From Promethearchaeota archaeon (lineage in GTDB: Archaea; Asgardarchaeota; Lokiarchaeia; Sigyniarchaeales; SOKP01): a DNA stretch of 32,000 nucleotides. Under the pieces are notes generated by a model, which was given only the letters and a program-made list of their open reading frames with translations, did not search any database and was not told the origin of the DNA. The DNA lies in assembly GCA_030606485.1 (NCBI GenBank), contig JAUWGH010000001.1, forward strand, positions 750,001-782,000, read 5' to 3'. The first letter of the stretch is position 1, and every line of letters begins with the position of its first letter. Both the position numbers and the translations under genes were made by a program. Below are positions 7,785 to 16,592 of the stretch, one piece after another.

Positions 7785-9104
7785 TTACTCTCTTTTTATA
7801 ATTGTCGCTTGTCCCATTCCAAATCCAACGCACATACTGCTAATTGCATAGGTTTTATTGAATTGCTCGAGTTGCTGCAAATTGGTTCCTATTAATCGCG
7901 TTCCAGTAAATCCTGTAGGATGACCAAGTGCGATAGCCCCACCCCATACATTAAAGCGCTCATCCCGCCAATCTATTCCTAAGTCATGGCAGCATGCAAA
8001 TACAACTGTTGAAAAAGCTTCATTAATTTCGATAAAATCCATCTCATCAAATGTTGTTTCGGCTCTTTTTAACGCTATTGGCATAGAATGTATAGGTCCT
8101 TCAAGCATTGTAATTGGATCACATCCAATCACGGCAGAAGAAACAATTGAGGCTCGAGGTTTAAAACCCAATTCTTCCGCTAAATATCTTGACATCCATA
8201 ACTGCGCTCCAGCTCCGTCAGAAGTTGGACAACTATTTCCCGCAGTTAATAATCCTTTCCTTTTACTTCCTAAAACTTTTAATTTTTGTAATATTTCAAA
8301 GGAAGTGGTAGGTCTTGGAGCTTCATCTTTTTCAACTAATTCAGAGGTGCTACTATCTTGTGCCACATTTCCATTTTCATCATAAATTGGTTCTCCATTC
8401 TCATCTAATTTAGGAACCCATATTGGTTCAATTTCTTTGCCCCTTCTATCGTAATTTGCGCACGCTTTCTTATGGGAGTCTAAAGAAATTCTATCTAGTT
8501 CTTCTCTCATCCTTTCCCGAGTGAATCCCGCTTTCTCTTCCCAAATCCGTCCCATCAGATCTGCAGCCGAGATTTGTGTTTGAATTCCTTGTTTGTATTT
8601 TTCTGCACTTGCTTTTATTTCTGGATTATGTACAATTTCTTTATGTGGGCTAACCATGATAACTTTTCCATCTTTAAGAATTTTAAGATCCTCCATGATT
8701 GGATATCTATTTTGAACCTCAATACCACCAGCTAGAATACAATCACAATAACCTGAGGCTATTGCTTGCCAAGCTGAGAGCACTGCTTGAGAACCTGAGG
8801 CACAATGACGATTAATTGTCATACCAGGAACTTTCACAGGTAATCCAGCTGCTAAAGCAGCATTTCTTGCAATATCCATACCACATTCGCCAATTTGGGT
8901 GCAGCAAGCAACTATAGAATCATCAATAAGAGTTTGATCAAATTTATTTCGCTCCAATAAAGTCCGATAACTATGTACGATTAAATCATCCCCTCTTAAA
9001 CGGATAACCTTACCCCTTCTCCTCCCAATAGGAGTTCGAACATAATCAATTAATACTGGTTCTCTTTTTGGGTCCTTAAAATACGATTCATACCAAATTT
9101 TCAT
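7785..9104 (-). CDS. Thiolase (acetyl-CoA C-acyltransferase) family
   Basis: DYVRTPIGR, NRHCASG (nucleophile Cys), TAGNSCPTSDGA, EINEAF, GGAIALGHPTG and SMCVGFGMG. Confidence 0.95.
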   Translation of the reverse strand: MKIWYESYFKDPKREPVLIDYVRTPIGRRRGKVIRLRGDDLIVHSYRTLLERNKFDQTLIDDSIVACCTQIGECGMDIARNAALAAGLPVKVPGMTINRHCASGSQAVLSAWQAIASGYCDCILAGGIEVQNRYPIMEDLKILKDGKVIMVSPHKEIVHNPEIKASAEKYKQGIQTQISAADLMGRIWEEKAGFTRERMREELDRISLDSHKKACANYDRRGKEIEPIWVPKLDENGEPIYDENGNVAQDSSTSELVEKDEAPRPTTSFEILQKLKVLGSKRKGLLTAGNSCPTSDGAGAQLWMSRYLAEELGFKPRASIVSSAVIGCDPITMLEGPIHSMPIALKRAETTFDEMDFIEINEAFSTVVFACCHDLGIDWRDERFNVWGGAIALGHPTGFTGTRLIGTNLQQLEQFNKTYAISSMCVGFGMGQATIIKRE

Positions 9105-9298
9105 TTATTTCACGTTCAATAGTTATTATTTCTTGTTTATTATCTTTTAATTAATCAATATGTAATGAATTATTAGTTTTTTTTTATTTAAAATGGATAG
9201 GTTATAAATTTCCAAATAATTATTTATTTTTTGACTTAATCATTAAAAATTAATTAAAAAAAGTTTAAAGGGAAAAAAGATTTTAATATTTACTTAAA

Positions 9299-9907
9299 AT
9301 GGGTCTAAGAAATTCATTTAATAAACTTCTGGATTGGGATAAAAGAACATTTTTAAAACTGTACAGAAATGAGTTATCCCGGAAATATATGATAGTTGCA
9401 AGGATAATATCATTTTTTGGTAATCTTTACTTTTTAATTGGTGTTTGCATTGTAATTCTCATTGTAAATTATATAATTAGAGATTATTATTTTTTCTCGC
9501 TAGTGTCGGGAGGGTTTAACCAGACTTTTTTCTTTTATATTATAATAAGATATGTAATAGTAAAGAGAAAACGACCTTATGTTGAGCTAAAAGACCATTC
9601 AATTAAAAAAAGAGATAAAATTACTAAGACGAAAAAGGCTTTTCCAAGTGGGCATATAACCTTTTTTCTTTTTTTCATATATTTATTTGCCTTTTATTTT
9701 AATTCGTGGATAATTTTACTGGTGGGAGTCATTATAGCGTGTTTAATGGGTTTAACACGAATAACGCTTGGTATGCATTATCCATTGGACATAATTTTTA
9801 GTATAGTGTTTGGTTTTATATTCAGCTTCTTATATATTCACTTAACTGCACCTATGTGGGTTGGGGGATACCTCACCTTTTTTCAGTGGATACAAGATGT
9901 GTTTTGA
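9299..9907 (+). CDS. PAP2-family membrane phosphatase
   Basis: KRKRP, FPSGH and TRITLGMHYPLD motifs plus several hydrophobic TM segments. Confidence 0.88.
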   Translation: MGLRNSFNKLLDWDKRTFLKLYRNELSRKYMIVARIISFFGNLYFLIGVCIVILIVNYIIRDYYFFSLVSGGFNQTFFFYIIIRYVIVKRKRPYVELKDHSIKKRDKITKTKKAFPSGHITFFLFFIYLFAFYFNSWIILLVGVIIACLMGLTRITLGMHYPLDIIFSIVFGFIFSFLYIHLTAPMWVGGYLTFFQWIQDVF

Positions 9908-9976
9908 TTCAAGATTTTTATATGTTCTCAATATGTTTCTTCATACATGACGTATTTAACTACAAATAAAATATAT

Positions 9977-9991
9977 ATATCTTTAAGATAT
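9977..9991. promoter_or_regulatory. 15-bp palindrome overlapping a TATA-like element upstream of aor; candidate operator
   Basis: ATATCTT-T-AAGATAT (perfect 7-bp arms), overlapping ATATATATAT at 9971-9980, 65 nt before the aor ATG. Confidence 0.4.
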
Positions 9992-10056
9992 TTTCAGTAA
10001 ACGCTAAAAAATATTATTTTAAAAAAAAAATTAGATTAAAAAAAAAGGTGTAAATT

Positions 10057-11793
10057 ATGCCTAGGAAAATTATAAGAGTAAATATGAAAAAGCTTGAAAC
10101 AAATTATGAAGATTTGCCAGAGAAATATCAATATCTGGGCGGACGCGGTCTTACTTCAACAATTGTTGCAGAAGAAGTCCCCCCAACTTGTCATCCGTTA
10201 GGACCTCATAATAAGGTTGTATTGGCTCCAGGGATTGTTACCGGGACAAATGCTCCAAGTTCCGGTCGTCTTTCCGTTGGAGGTAAGTCTCCTTTAACTG
10301 GGGGAATAAAAGAAGCCAATGTGGGAACAAATTTTGCACAGATGCTTGGGAGAATGCGTATTGGAGCAATTATTATAGAGGAACAAACTGAAGGAAAAGA
10401 TTATTATCTTCTTAAAATTACAAATGATGGAACTGAATTTATTAAAGCAAATAAGTGGGTAGGAAAGGGACTCTATGAGGTATATAAGGATTTGCGCAAA
10501 GAATTCGGAGAAAAAATCGGTATATGCGGTGTTGGTATAGCTGCAGAACTATTTGGAGGTAATTCAGGACTATGTTTTAATGACCCAGAAGGATTACCTA
10601 GTAGATATGCTGGAAGAGGTGGACTTGGAGCCGTCATGGCGTCTCGGGGTTTGAAATTTATAGTTGTTGATGAAACTGGTGCTCCAGGAGTAGAAATCAA
10701 GAATGAAGAAGTCTTTAAAAAGGGTACAGCAAAGCTCCTCAAAGCACTTGGAGATCATGATGTGACTAAGCCAGGTGGAGCTCTCAATACTTACGGTACA
10801 GGTGTCTTAATCAATATTATAAATGAAAATGGTGGATTACCTCAGAGGAATTTTTCACGAGGACAAGATGACAGATCCGAAAAAGTATCTGGTGAAGCAA
10901 AAGCTGAGGAAATAAAGAAAAGAGGTGGAGTACGTCCTCATGGTTGTCATACAGGGTGCGTTATTCAGTGTTCTGAGGTTTGGACAAAACCTGATGGAAA
11001 AGATCCTGTTGGGGTTCTAGAATATGAATCTGTTTGGGCATTAGGTCCAAATTGCGAAATCTATGACTTGGATACCATAGGCGAACTCAATCGCGCATGT
11101 AATGATCTCGGGTTAGATACAATTGAGACAGGTACTACTCTCGCTGTAGCTATGGAAGGTGGATTAGCTGATTTCGGAGATGGAAAAGCATCTTTAAATC
11201 TTCTAGAAGAAATACGCAAAAAAACACCAACTGGGAGGATTTTAGTTAATGGAACGGAATTTACTGGTAAAGCTTTTGGAGTAACGAGAATCCCTACTGT
11301 AAAAGGTCAGGCTATGCCTGCTTATGATCCGAGAGCCATAAAGGGAATAGGGGTCACCTATGCGACCTCTCCTATGGGAGCAGACCATACTGCTGGATAT
11401 GCAATAGCTACAGAAATCATGGGCGTAGGAGGTGAAGCTGATCGTTTGGATACTAAAAAGGCAGAACTCTCACGCAATTTACAAGTTGCCACAGCTGTTA
11501 TAGATTCGGTAGGTTACTGTCTATTCATAGCTTTTGCGATCCTTGATATTGTTGAAGGTTTGGAAGGCGTTGTAGAATCAGTTAATGGTGTGTTAGGGAC
11601 AAGTTTAACATTAAATGATATCCCCACAATTGGAATGCAAGTCATTGAAACTGAAATTAAATTCAATAAAGCAGCTGGGTTCACATCTTTAGACGATAGA
11701 CTTCCTGAATTTATGAAGGAAGAAAAATTTCCGCCAGATAATGAAGTTTTCAATGTTTCAGATGAAGAACTGGACAGTGTCTTCAAGTTTTAA
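10057..11793 (+). CDS. aor: Aldehyde:ferredoxin oxidoreductase (tungsten-pterin, 4Fe-4S)
   Basis: LGGRGL, SGRLSVGGKSPLTGGIKEAN, GRGGLGAVM, GCHTGCVIQC, DLGLDTIE, AYDPR, GADH, SVGYCLF and DDRLP; AGGTG at 10046-10050 upstream of the ATG. Confidence 0.96.
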   Translation: MPRKIIRVNMKKLETNYEDLPEKYQYLGGRGLTSTIVAEEVPPTCHPLGPHNKVVLAPGIVTGTNAPSSGRLSVGGKSPLTGGIKEANVGTNFAQMLGRMRIGAIIIEEQTEGKDYYLLKITNDGTEFIKANKWVGKGLYEVYKDLRKEFGEKIGICGVGIAAELFGGNSGLCFNDPEGLPSRYAGRGGLGAVMASRGLKFIVVDETGAPGVEIKNEEVFKKGTAKLLKALGDHDVTKPGGALNTYGTGVLINIINENGGLPQRNFSRGQDDRSEKVSGEAKAEEIKKRGGVRPHGCHTGCVIQCSEVWTKPDGKDPVGVLEYESVWALGPNCEIYDLDTIGELNRACNDLGLDTIETGTTLAVAMEGGLADFGDGKASLNLLEEIRKKTPTGRILVNGTEFTGKAFGVTRIPTVKGQAMPAYDPRAIKGIGVTYATSPMGADHTAGYAIATEIMGVGGEADRLDTKKAELSRNLQVATAVIDSVGYCLFIAFAILDIVEGLEGVVESVNGVLGTSLTLNDIPTIGMQVIETEIKFNKAAGFTSLDDRLPEFMKEEKFPPDNEVFNVSDEELDSVFKF

Positions 11794-11806
11794 GAGTTCA
11801 TAAAAA

Positions 11807-12100
11807 ATGCCTATACAGGTAAGATTGTATGGAGATCTGAGAAAAATATTACCACAACACAATTATTCAAAAGGTGCTCCAAGTGTCATTGAGATCGATG
11901 GTACAGAGATTAAATTAGTAAGTGATATTTTTAAAAAAATCGGCATAGAAGAAAGTGAAACAAGCCATATTTTTGTTAATAGAATTTTTTCCGGACTTCG
12001 TAAAAAGGTTAAAGATGGAGATGGAGTTGCGATTTTCCCAAAAAATATGGGATTACTATATAAATGGTACTTTAAGAAGGTGGAAGATAATGATGAATAA
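11807..12100 (+). CDS. MoaD/ThiS-like beta-grasp protein lacking the C-terminal Gly-Gly
   Basis: IQVRLYGDLR...HIFVN...VKDGDGVAIFP is the MoaD/SAMP pattern, but the protein ends KNMGLLYKWYFKKVEDNDE. Confidence 0.8.
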   Translation: MPIQVRLYGDLRKILPQHNYSKGAPSVIEIDGTEIKLVSDIFKKIGIEESETSHIFVNRIFSGLRKKVKDGDGVAIFPKNMGLLYKWYFKKVEDNDE

Positions 12101-12332
12101 TTTGATTTCTGTTATAGTTAAATTATTTGCCGATTTAAGACAATATGGAGCGGCTAAGTCAATGATGGATTTACCAAAAGGTAGTGATGTAAACTCTATT
12201 ATTGAAAAGTTTAAAATACCTAAGGAAGAGAAAAGGTTAATAACATTGGTTAATAGAAAACGTCAAAAAAATGATTTCACTCTCAAGGATGGTGATATTA
12301 TAGCAATTTTCCCATTAATCGGTGGAGGATAA
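12090..12332 (+). CDS. moaD: MoaD/ThiS/SAMP-family sulfur carrier or small archaeal modifier with C-terminal GG
   Basis: From ATG 12090 (or 12093): VKLFADLR...LVNRKR...LKDGDIIAIFPLIGGG-stop. The track start at 11955 lies inside the previous gene and was not used. Confidence 0.88.
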   Translation: MMNNLISVIVKLFADLRQYGAAKSMMDLPKGSDVNSIIEKFKIPKEEKRLITLVNRKRQKNDFTLKDGDIIAIFPLIGGG

Positions 12333-12513
12333 TCAATCTTTACCAAAATACATATTAAAAATAATTTTTTCTTTTTTTTACTAATTTATTTCAAATTATT
12401 TATCAGTTAAGAAATGCTTAAGTAGATCTTTTTATCTTTTTCTTTTTAAGGTTAAAATTAAACTCAATCATTGTTATTATCTCAAATATTTTATTATAAA
12501 GAGGATATGAATT

Positions 12514-13182
12514 ATGGGAAAATATACTTGTCATTTGAGTAAAAAGGTAATAGCTCCTTGTACATTTAATCGACCAGGCATTGAAAATTGCCCTATGAGA
12601 ATCGCCCCAGAAATTTTGGAAAAAGCAAAAAAAATATATGAAGAAGTTGATGAAATTAAAGAAATCACAAAAAATGCGTCAATAGTTGAAGCAACGGGTT
12701 ATATCAAGTGGCCAAGATTGAAAGACACTATTGAATTTGCCAAACTTCAAGGATATAAAAAATTAGGTATCGCTTTTTGTGTCGGATTAATGAATGAAAC
12801 CAAGAAAGTAGTAGAAATTCTTGAACGGTATGATTTTGATGTGACAAGTATTTGTTGTAAAACAGGAGGTCTTTTAAAAACAGAAGTTGGTGTTCCTAAA
12901 GAATTTGAAATGAAATCAAAGACCGGATACATGATAGGGTCGGTGACTTGTAATCCTGTTGCTCAAGCATTACTTTTAAATGATGCTGGGACTGAATTAA
13001 ATATAATTTGTGGTTTGTGTGTTGGGCATGATATTACTTTTACAAAATATTCAAAAGCCCCTGTAACTACTCTTATTGCTAAGGATAGAATGACACAACA
13101 TGCTCCATCATCGATATTATTTACACATTATGGAAATTCTTTCTTTTCTGAGGATCTTCGGGGAAAAAAAATCAAAAAATAA
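12514..13182 (+). CDS. DUF1847-family Cys-rich putative metal-binding protein
   Basis: LGIAFCVGL, SICCKTGG, CNPVAQA, GLCVGHD and LIAKDR motifs characteristic of DUF1847. Confidence 0.85.
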   Translation: MGKYTCHLSKKVIAPCTFNRPGIENCPMRIAPEILEKAKKIYEEVDEIKEITKNASIVEATGYIKWPRLKDTIEFAKLQGYKKLGIAFCVGLMNETKKVVEILERYDFDVTSICCKTGGLLKTEVGVPKEFEMKSKTGYMIGSVTCNPVAQALLLNDAGTELNIICGLCVGHDITFTKYSKAPVTTLIAKDRMTQHAPSSILFTHYGNSFFSEDLRGKKIKK

Positions 13183-13290
13183 AATTTCTATTTTCTTTTT
13201 ATTCAATTTTAAGTCATTGGGTAATAGTAATCCAAGAGATTATTCAATAGAATTGATATTCTCAAAATATAAATAACTAAAAAATTTATT

Positions 13291-14379
13291 GTGATTATGC
13301 AAAAAAAAATTGATATACCCCAAGAATATTTTAATAAATCTTATTCTGATTCAATAGTTGATGGATTTAAACTTTTTAAGAAAACCTATTTTAAGATTTT
13401 ACCAATCTTTGTCTTAATTTTAATCATTTTTTATATTATTTCAAGCCTAATTATGATAGATCTAAACAGGCAATTATTGGAATTAAATGTACAATTAAAT
13501 CAAATGCTTGAAAATATAGATTATGAAACAGCAAGCATTGAAGAATTACAGGAAATAATGAATTTTATGTTACCCATTTTAGGTTTCAGTTTTCTACTTA
13601 TAAGCACAGAATTATTTTTTTCAAATTTTCCTCAATTTTTGGCCTTTGGTATTGTTGGGGGATATTTATATAAAACATATCTAAAACAAGAGGTCAATTC
13701 TGCAGTAGAATTTAAAAGATCTATGAAAATCGAAATATTACTAATTCCTCTATTGTTTGCTTTATTAGTTTCAATCGGTTTTTTACTTTTACTTATACCA
13801 GCCTTTTTAATATATGTTTTTTATATATTCTCTCCAGTAATGCATTCAATAGAGTCAGAAGAAAAATTAATGTGTATTAAAACGAGTCGACGTTATTCAA
13901 AAAAGAATTTTTGGAGAATTATAGGATTGTGGTTTATAAATTTAATAATATTAGGTGGTAGTTCATTGATATATAACTTAAGTCTTGATCTAACAATCCC
14001 TGCTGCGTTTTATCCTACAGTTGGAAATTATTTGATGATTATCCTATATAATTTAATCTATGACATTGTTTATATTCTACTGTCCCCACTTTTAGCGTGT
14101 CTTTTAATTACTTTTTTGGTTTTTAGCAAAAAAGAGTTGTATAACAGAGAGCAAAGAATGCAATATTACCAAAGAACACCACAACAACAAATTCCTTTAC
14201 CTAGTTCTACTCCCTATGAAATTCCAAGGCACCCTGCTCCTAAACCTAAAATTCAACCAGAAACAACAGACTCAGAATCACCTATCTTTTGCCCCTATTG
14301 TGGATTTGCAATGGAGAGACATTTTAATTTCAGATTTTGCCCTAATTGTGGCGAGAAGATTCCTAAAACCGGCATGTAA
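13291..14379 (+). CDS. Multi-pass membrane protein with Pro/Gln-rich linker and C-terminal zinc ribbon
   Basis: About six hydrophobic segments, linker QRTPQQQIPLPSSTPYEIPRHPAPKP, then CPYC-x12-CPNC; ATG at 13297 is an alternative start. Confidence 0.75.
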   Translation: MIMQKKIDIPQEYFNKSYSDSIVDGFKLFKKTYFKILPIFVLILIIFYIISSLIMIDLNRQLLELNVQLNQMLENIDYETASIEELQEIMNFMLPILGFSFLLISTELFFSNFPQFLAFGIVGGYLYKTYLKQEVNSAVEFKRSMKIEILLIPLLFALLVSIGFLLLLIPAFLIYVFYIFSPVMHSIESEEKLMCIKTSRRYSKKNFWRIIGLWFINLIILGGSSLIYNLSLDLTIPAAFYPTVGNYLMIILYNLIYDIVYILLSPLLACLLITFLVFSKKELYNREQRMQYYQRTPQQQIPLPSSTPYEIPRHPAPKPKIQPETTDSESPIFCPYCGFAMERHFNFRFCPNCGEKIPKTGM

Positions 14380-14542
14380 TAAGAAAAAAATTGCGATATT
14401 AATTCCAAAATTTTAGAATAATGCTCAATTTTAGTTTTTTTTTTTCAAAAAGCATAAATGTTTTAAAATATATAGTTATTTAAATTTCCACTTTTACATT
14501 TTTAAATATAAGAACCCATTTGGTTTGAAGTCAGAGATTTAA

Positions 14543-15322
14543 ATGATTTTCAATACAGAATATAAGTTTGAGATTCCAAAAAGTGATATTAAAAATCCAA
14601 TAATGTTAATTGGATGGCCAGGAATTGCTTTAGTTGGAAAAGTTGCTATTACAACTATAATAGCGTCAATAAACGCAAAATCCTATATAAAAATCGAATA
14701 TAACGATTTTCCTCCAAAATCGATTGTTGAAAAGGGCAATATGAAATTACCAACTGCAGATATTTATTATAAATCTGGTGAGGAATATGATTTTTTCTTT
14801 TTAACGGCAGATTTTCAGCCTCAAACTGCTGATGGTATCTATGAGTTTAGCAAAAATTTATGTGAATTAATGAAAATCATCACTAATGATAGTATACAAA
14901 TGTATATAAGTACTGGAGCGTTAATTCCTGAAGTAATACCGGAAATTGTTAATGTTCACATATCTGGAACAGATCCAAATATTGTTAAGGATTTTTTAAA
15001 ATTAGAAAACACAAAATTAATGGAAGGAGGGATCATTGCAGGAGCTAATGGAATATTACCTGCGTATGCTGGTGTTAAAGGATATGCACCTGGAGTTTGT
15101 TTGCTAGCCGAGACCGTACCAGTTCCTATGTTAAATGCAGATCCAAAAGCTTCAAGAGCTCTGGTTTCAACTATTAAAGATTATTTTTCTCTTTCAGAGG
15201 TAACCTTTGAAGAGTTAGATAAACAAGTTATCGATCTCGAAAAATTGATTTCTTCATTAAAGTCTAGAGTTGTAAGTGATTTTGGGAAAAAAAAAGCCGT
15301 CGACGAATCATATTTTCGATAA
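14543..15322 (+). CDS. PAC2-family proteasome assembly chaperone (Pba-like)
   Basis: MLIGWPGIALVGK, DFPP, ADFQP, STGA, GGIIAGANGIL, CLLAET and DPKASR, followed by a C-terminal helix. Confidence 0.9.
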   Translation: MIFNTEYKFEIPKSDIKNPIMLIGWPGIALVGKVAITTIIASINAKSYIKIEYNDFPPKSIVEKGNMKLPTADIYYKSGEEYDFFFLTADFQPQTADGIYEFSKNLCELMKIITNDSIQMYISTGALIPEVIPEIVNVHISGTDPNIVKDFLKLENTKLMEGGIIAGANGILPAYAGVKGYAPGVCLLAETVPVPMLNADPKASRALVSTIKDYFSLSEVTFEELDKQVIDLEKLISSLKSRVVSDFGKKKAVDESYFR

Positions 15323-15410
15323 AAATACATTTTAAATATATAGGCTCTATTTTAGGAAAAAAAAAGGTCAAATAATAAATAAAATTAATGTATATTCAGA
15401 TGACCAATAA

Positions 15411-15863
15411 ATGGATAATTCGAAATTATTAGCACCTTGCGGTGTATATTGTGGTGTTTGTCCATATTTAATCGCATATAAAAACAATGATGATAGGTTA
15501 AAGCAAAAATTATCAAAGAGTATCGGGATAAAACCAGAAAAAATAATCTGTGAAGGTTGTAATTCCGATTTAACTATTTTCTTTTGTAGAGTGTGTAAAA
15601 TAAAGGAGTGCGTGCAAAATAAAAGCATTCAGAGTTGTGCAAATTGTGAAGAGTTTCCTTGTGATTTAATAGAACGGTTTCCATATAAAGAATTCTTTAA
15701 GAAAGTAAAGTGGGATGTGAATTATCAAAAGAAATTCGGTAAAGAACAATGGATTTCTAAAACTATTGAATTAAACACTTGTCCAACATGTCAAACATTG
15801 CAGCATTGGAGAGCTAGAATATGCAAATCTTGTGGCACAAAATTAGAAGAGCGATACTTATAA
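15411..15863 (+). CDS. DUF3795-family Cys-rich protein with C-terminal zinc ribbon
   Basis: APCGVYCGVC, CEGC, CKIKEC and SCANCEEFPC, then CPTC-x10-CKSC. Confidence 0.85.
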   Translation: MDNSKLLAPCGVYCGVCPYLIAYKNNDDRLKQKLSKSIGIKPEKIICEGCNSDLTIFFCRVCKIKECVQNKSIQSCANCEEFPCDLIERFPYKEFFKKVKWDVNYQKKFGKEQWISKTIELNTCPTCQTLQHWRARICKSCGTKLEERYL

Positions 15864-15939
15864 AAATAACAGAAACATTAATATCTTCATAAATTTAATC
15901 GAAAAATTCACAAAAGAAAATAAGTATCTTTAACATTAT

Positions 15940-16461
15940 ATGCCATTAACACCATTTCATTTAGGTCCAGGTTTATTGATTGGATTAATATTACTTTATT
16001 ACATTGATTTCCCAACTTTTTTGATAGCAAGCGTAATTGTTGATGTGGAACCAATTATTGTTATCCTATTTGATTTAGATTATCCTTTACATGGTTTTTG
16101 TCATAGTTTTTTGGGAGGGACCATTATTGCTTTTCTCTTAGCAGCAGTGATGAGTAAAATCAGAAAACCAATTTCTCCTTTATTGTCATTTTTTAAATTA
16201 GAACAAGAAATATCATTTAAAAGAATCTTAGTAGCTGCTTTAGCCGGTGTTTATATCCACATTCTATTCGATGCCCCAATTTATACCGATATTCAACCAT
16301 TATTCCCTTTAGAGATAAATCCCTTCTATCGAAGTTCTGGAGCACCTGGATTAATGGAAACAATGATATGCGTATGGTGCTTTATGGGTGCAGTTCCTGT
16401 TTATTTAATTATATTGTTACAAGCTTGGAGAGCTTCAAGAAAGATAAATTCGATTGAGTAA
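15940..16461 (+). CDS. Membrane protein of the YdjM/DUF4184-like putative metal-dependent hydrolase group
   Basis: MPLTPFH, IVDVEP, HGFCHSF and HILFDA give the conserved His/Asp set; several TM segments. Confidence 0.7.
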   Translation: MPLTPFHLGPGLLIGLILLYYIDFPTFLIASVIVDVEPIIVILFDLDYPLHGFCHSFLGGTIIAFLLAAVMSKIRKPISPLLSFFKLEQEISFKRILVAALAGVYIHILFDAPIYTDIQPLFPLEINPFYRSSGAPGLMETMICVWCFMGAVPVYLIILLQAWRASRKINSIE

Positions 16462-16592
16462 GAGACCAGATAATATTTAGGTAAATTTCATCCTTGGGCG
16501 AAAAATAGAATTAATTACATTTTTAAAATTCCATTGATACTTCTAAATTAATTAATCTAATAGGATTCAAATTAAAAAGAGATGTAGAAAAA

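Noticed and set aside
10016-10046. Homopolymer A tracts before aor as phase-variation sites
   Set aside because: Similar A/T runs occur in most spacers of this AT-rich window.
11955-12089. Track N-terminal extension of the second MoaD, and the idea of a frameshifted MoaD-MoaD fusion
   Set aside because: It overlaps the first MoaD-like gene. ATG 12090/12093 gives a normal 80-aa protein, and no in-frame slippery heptamer was found.
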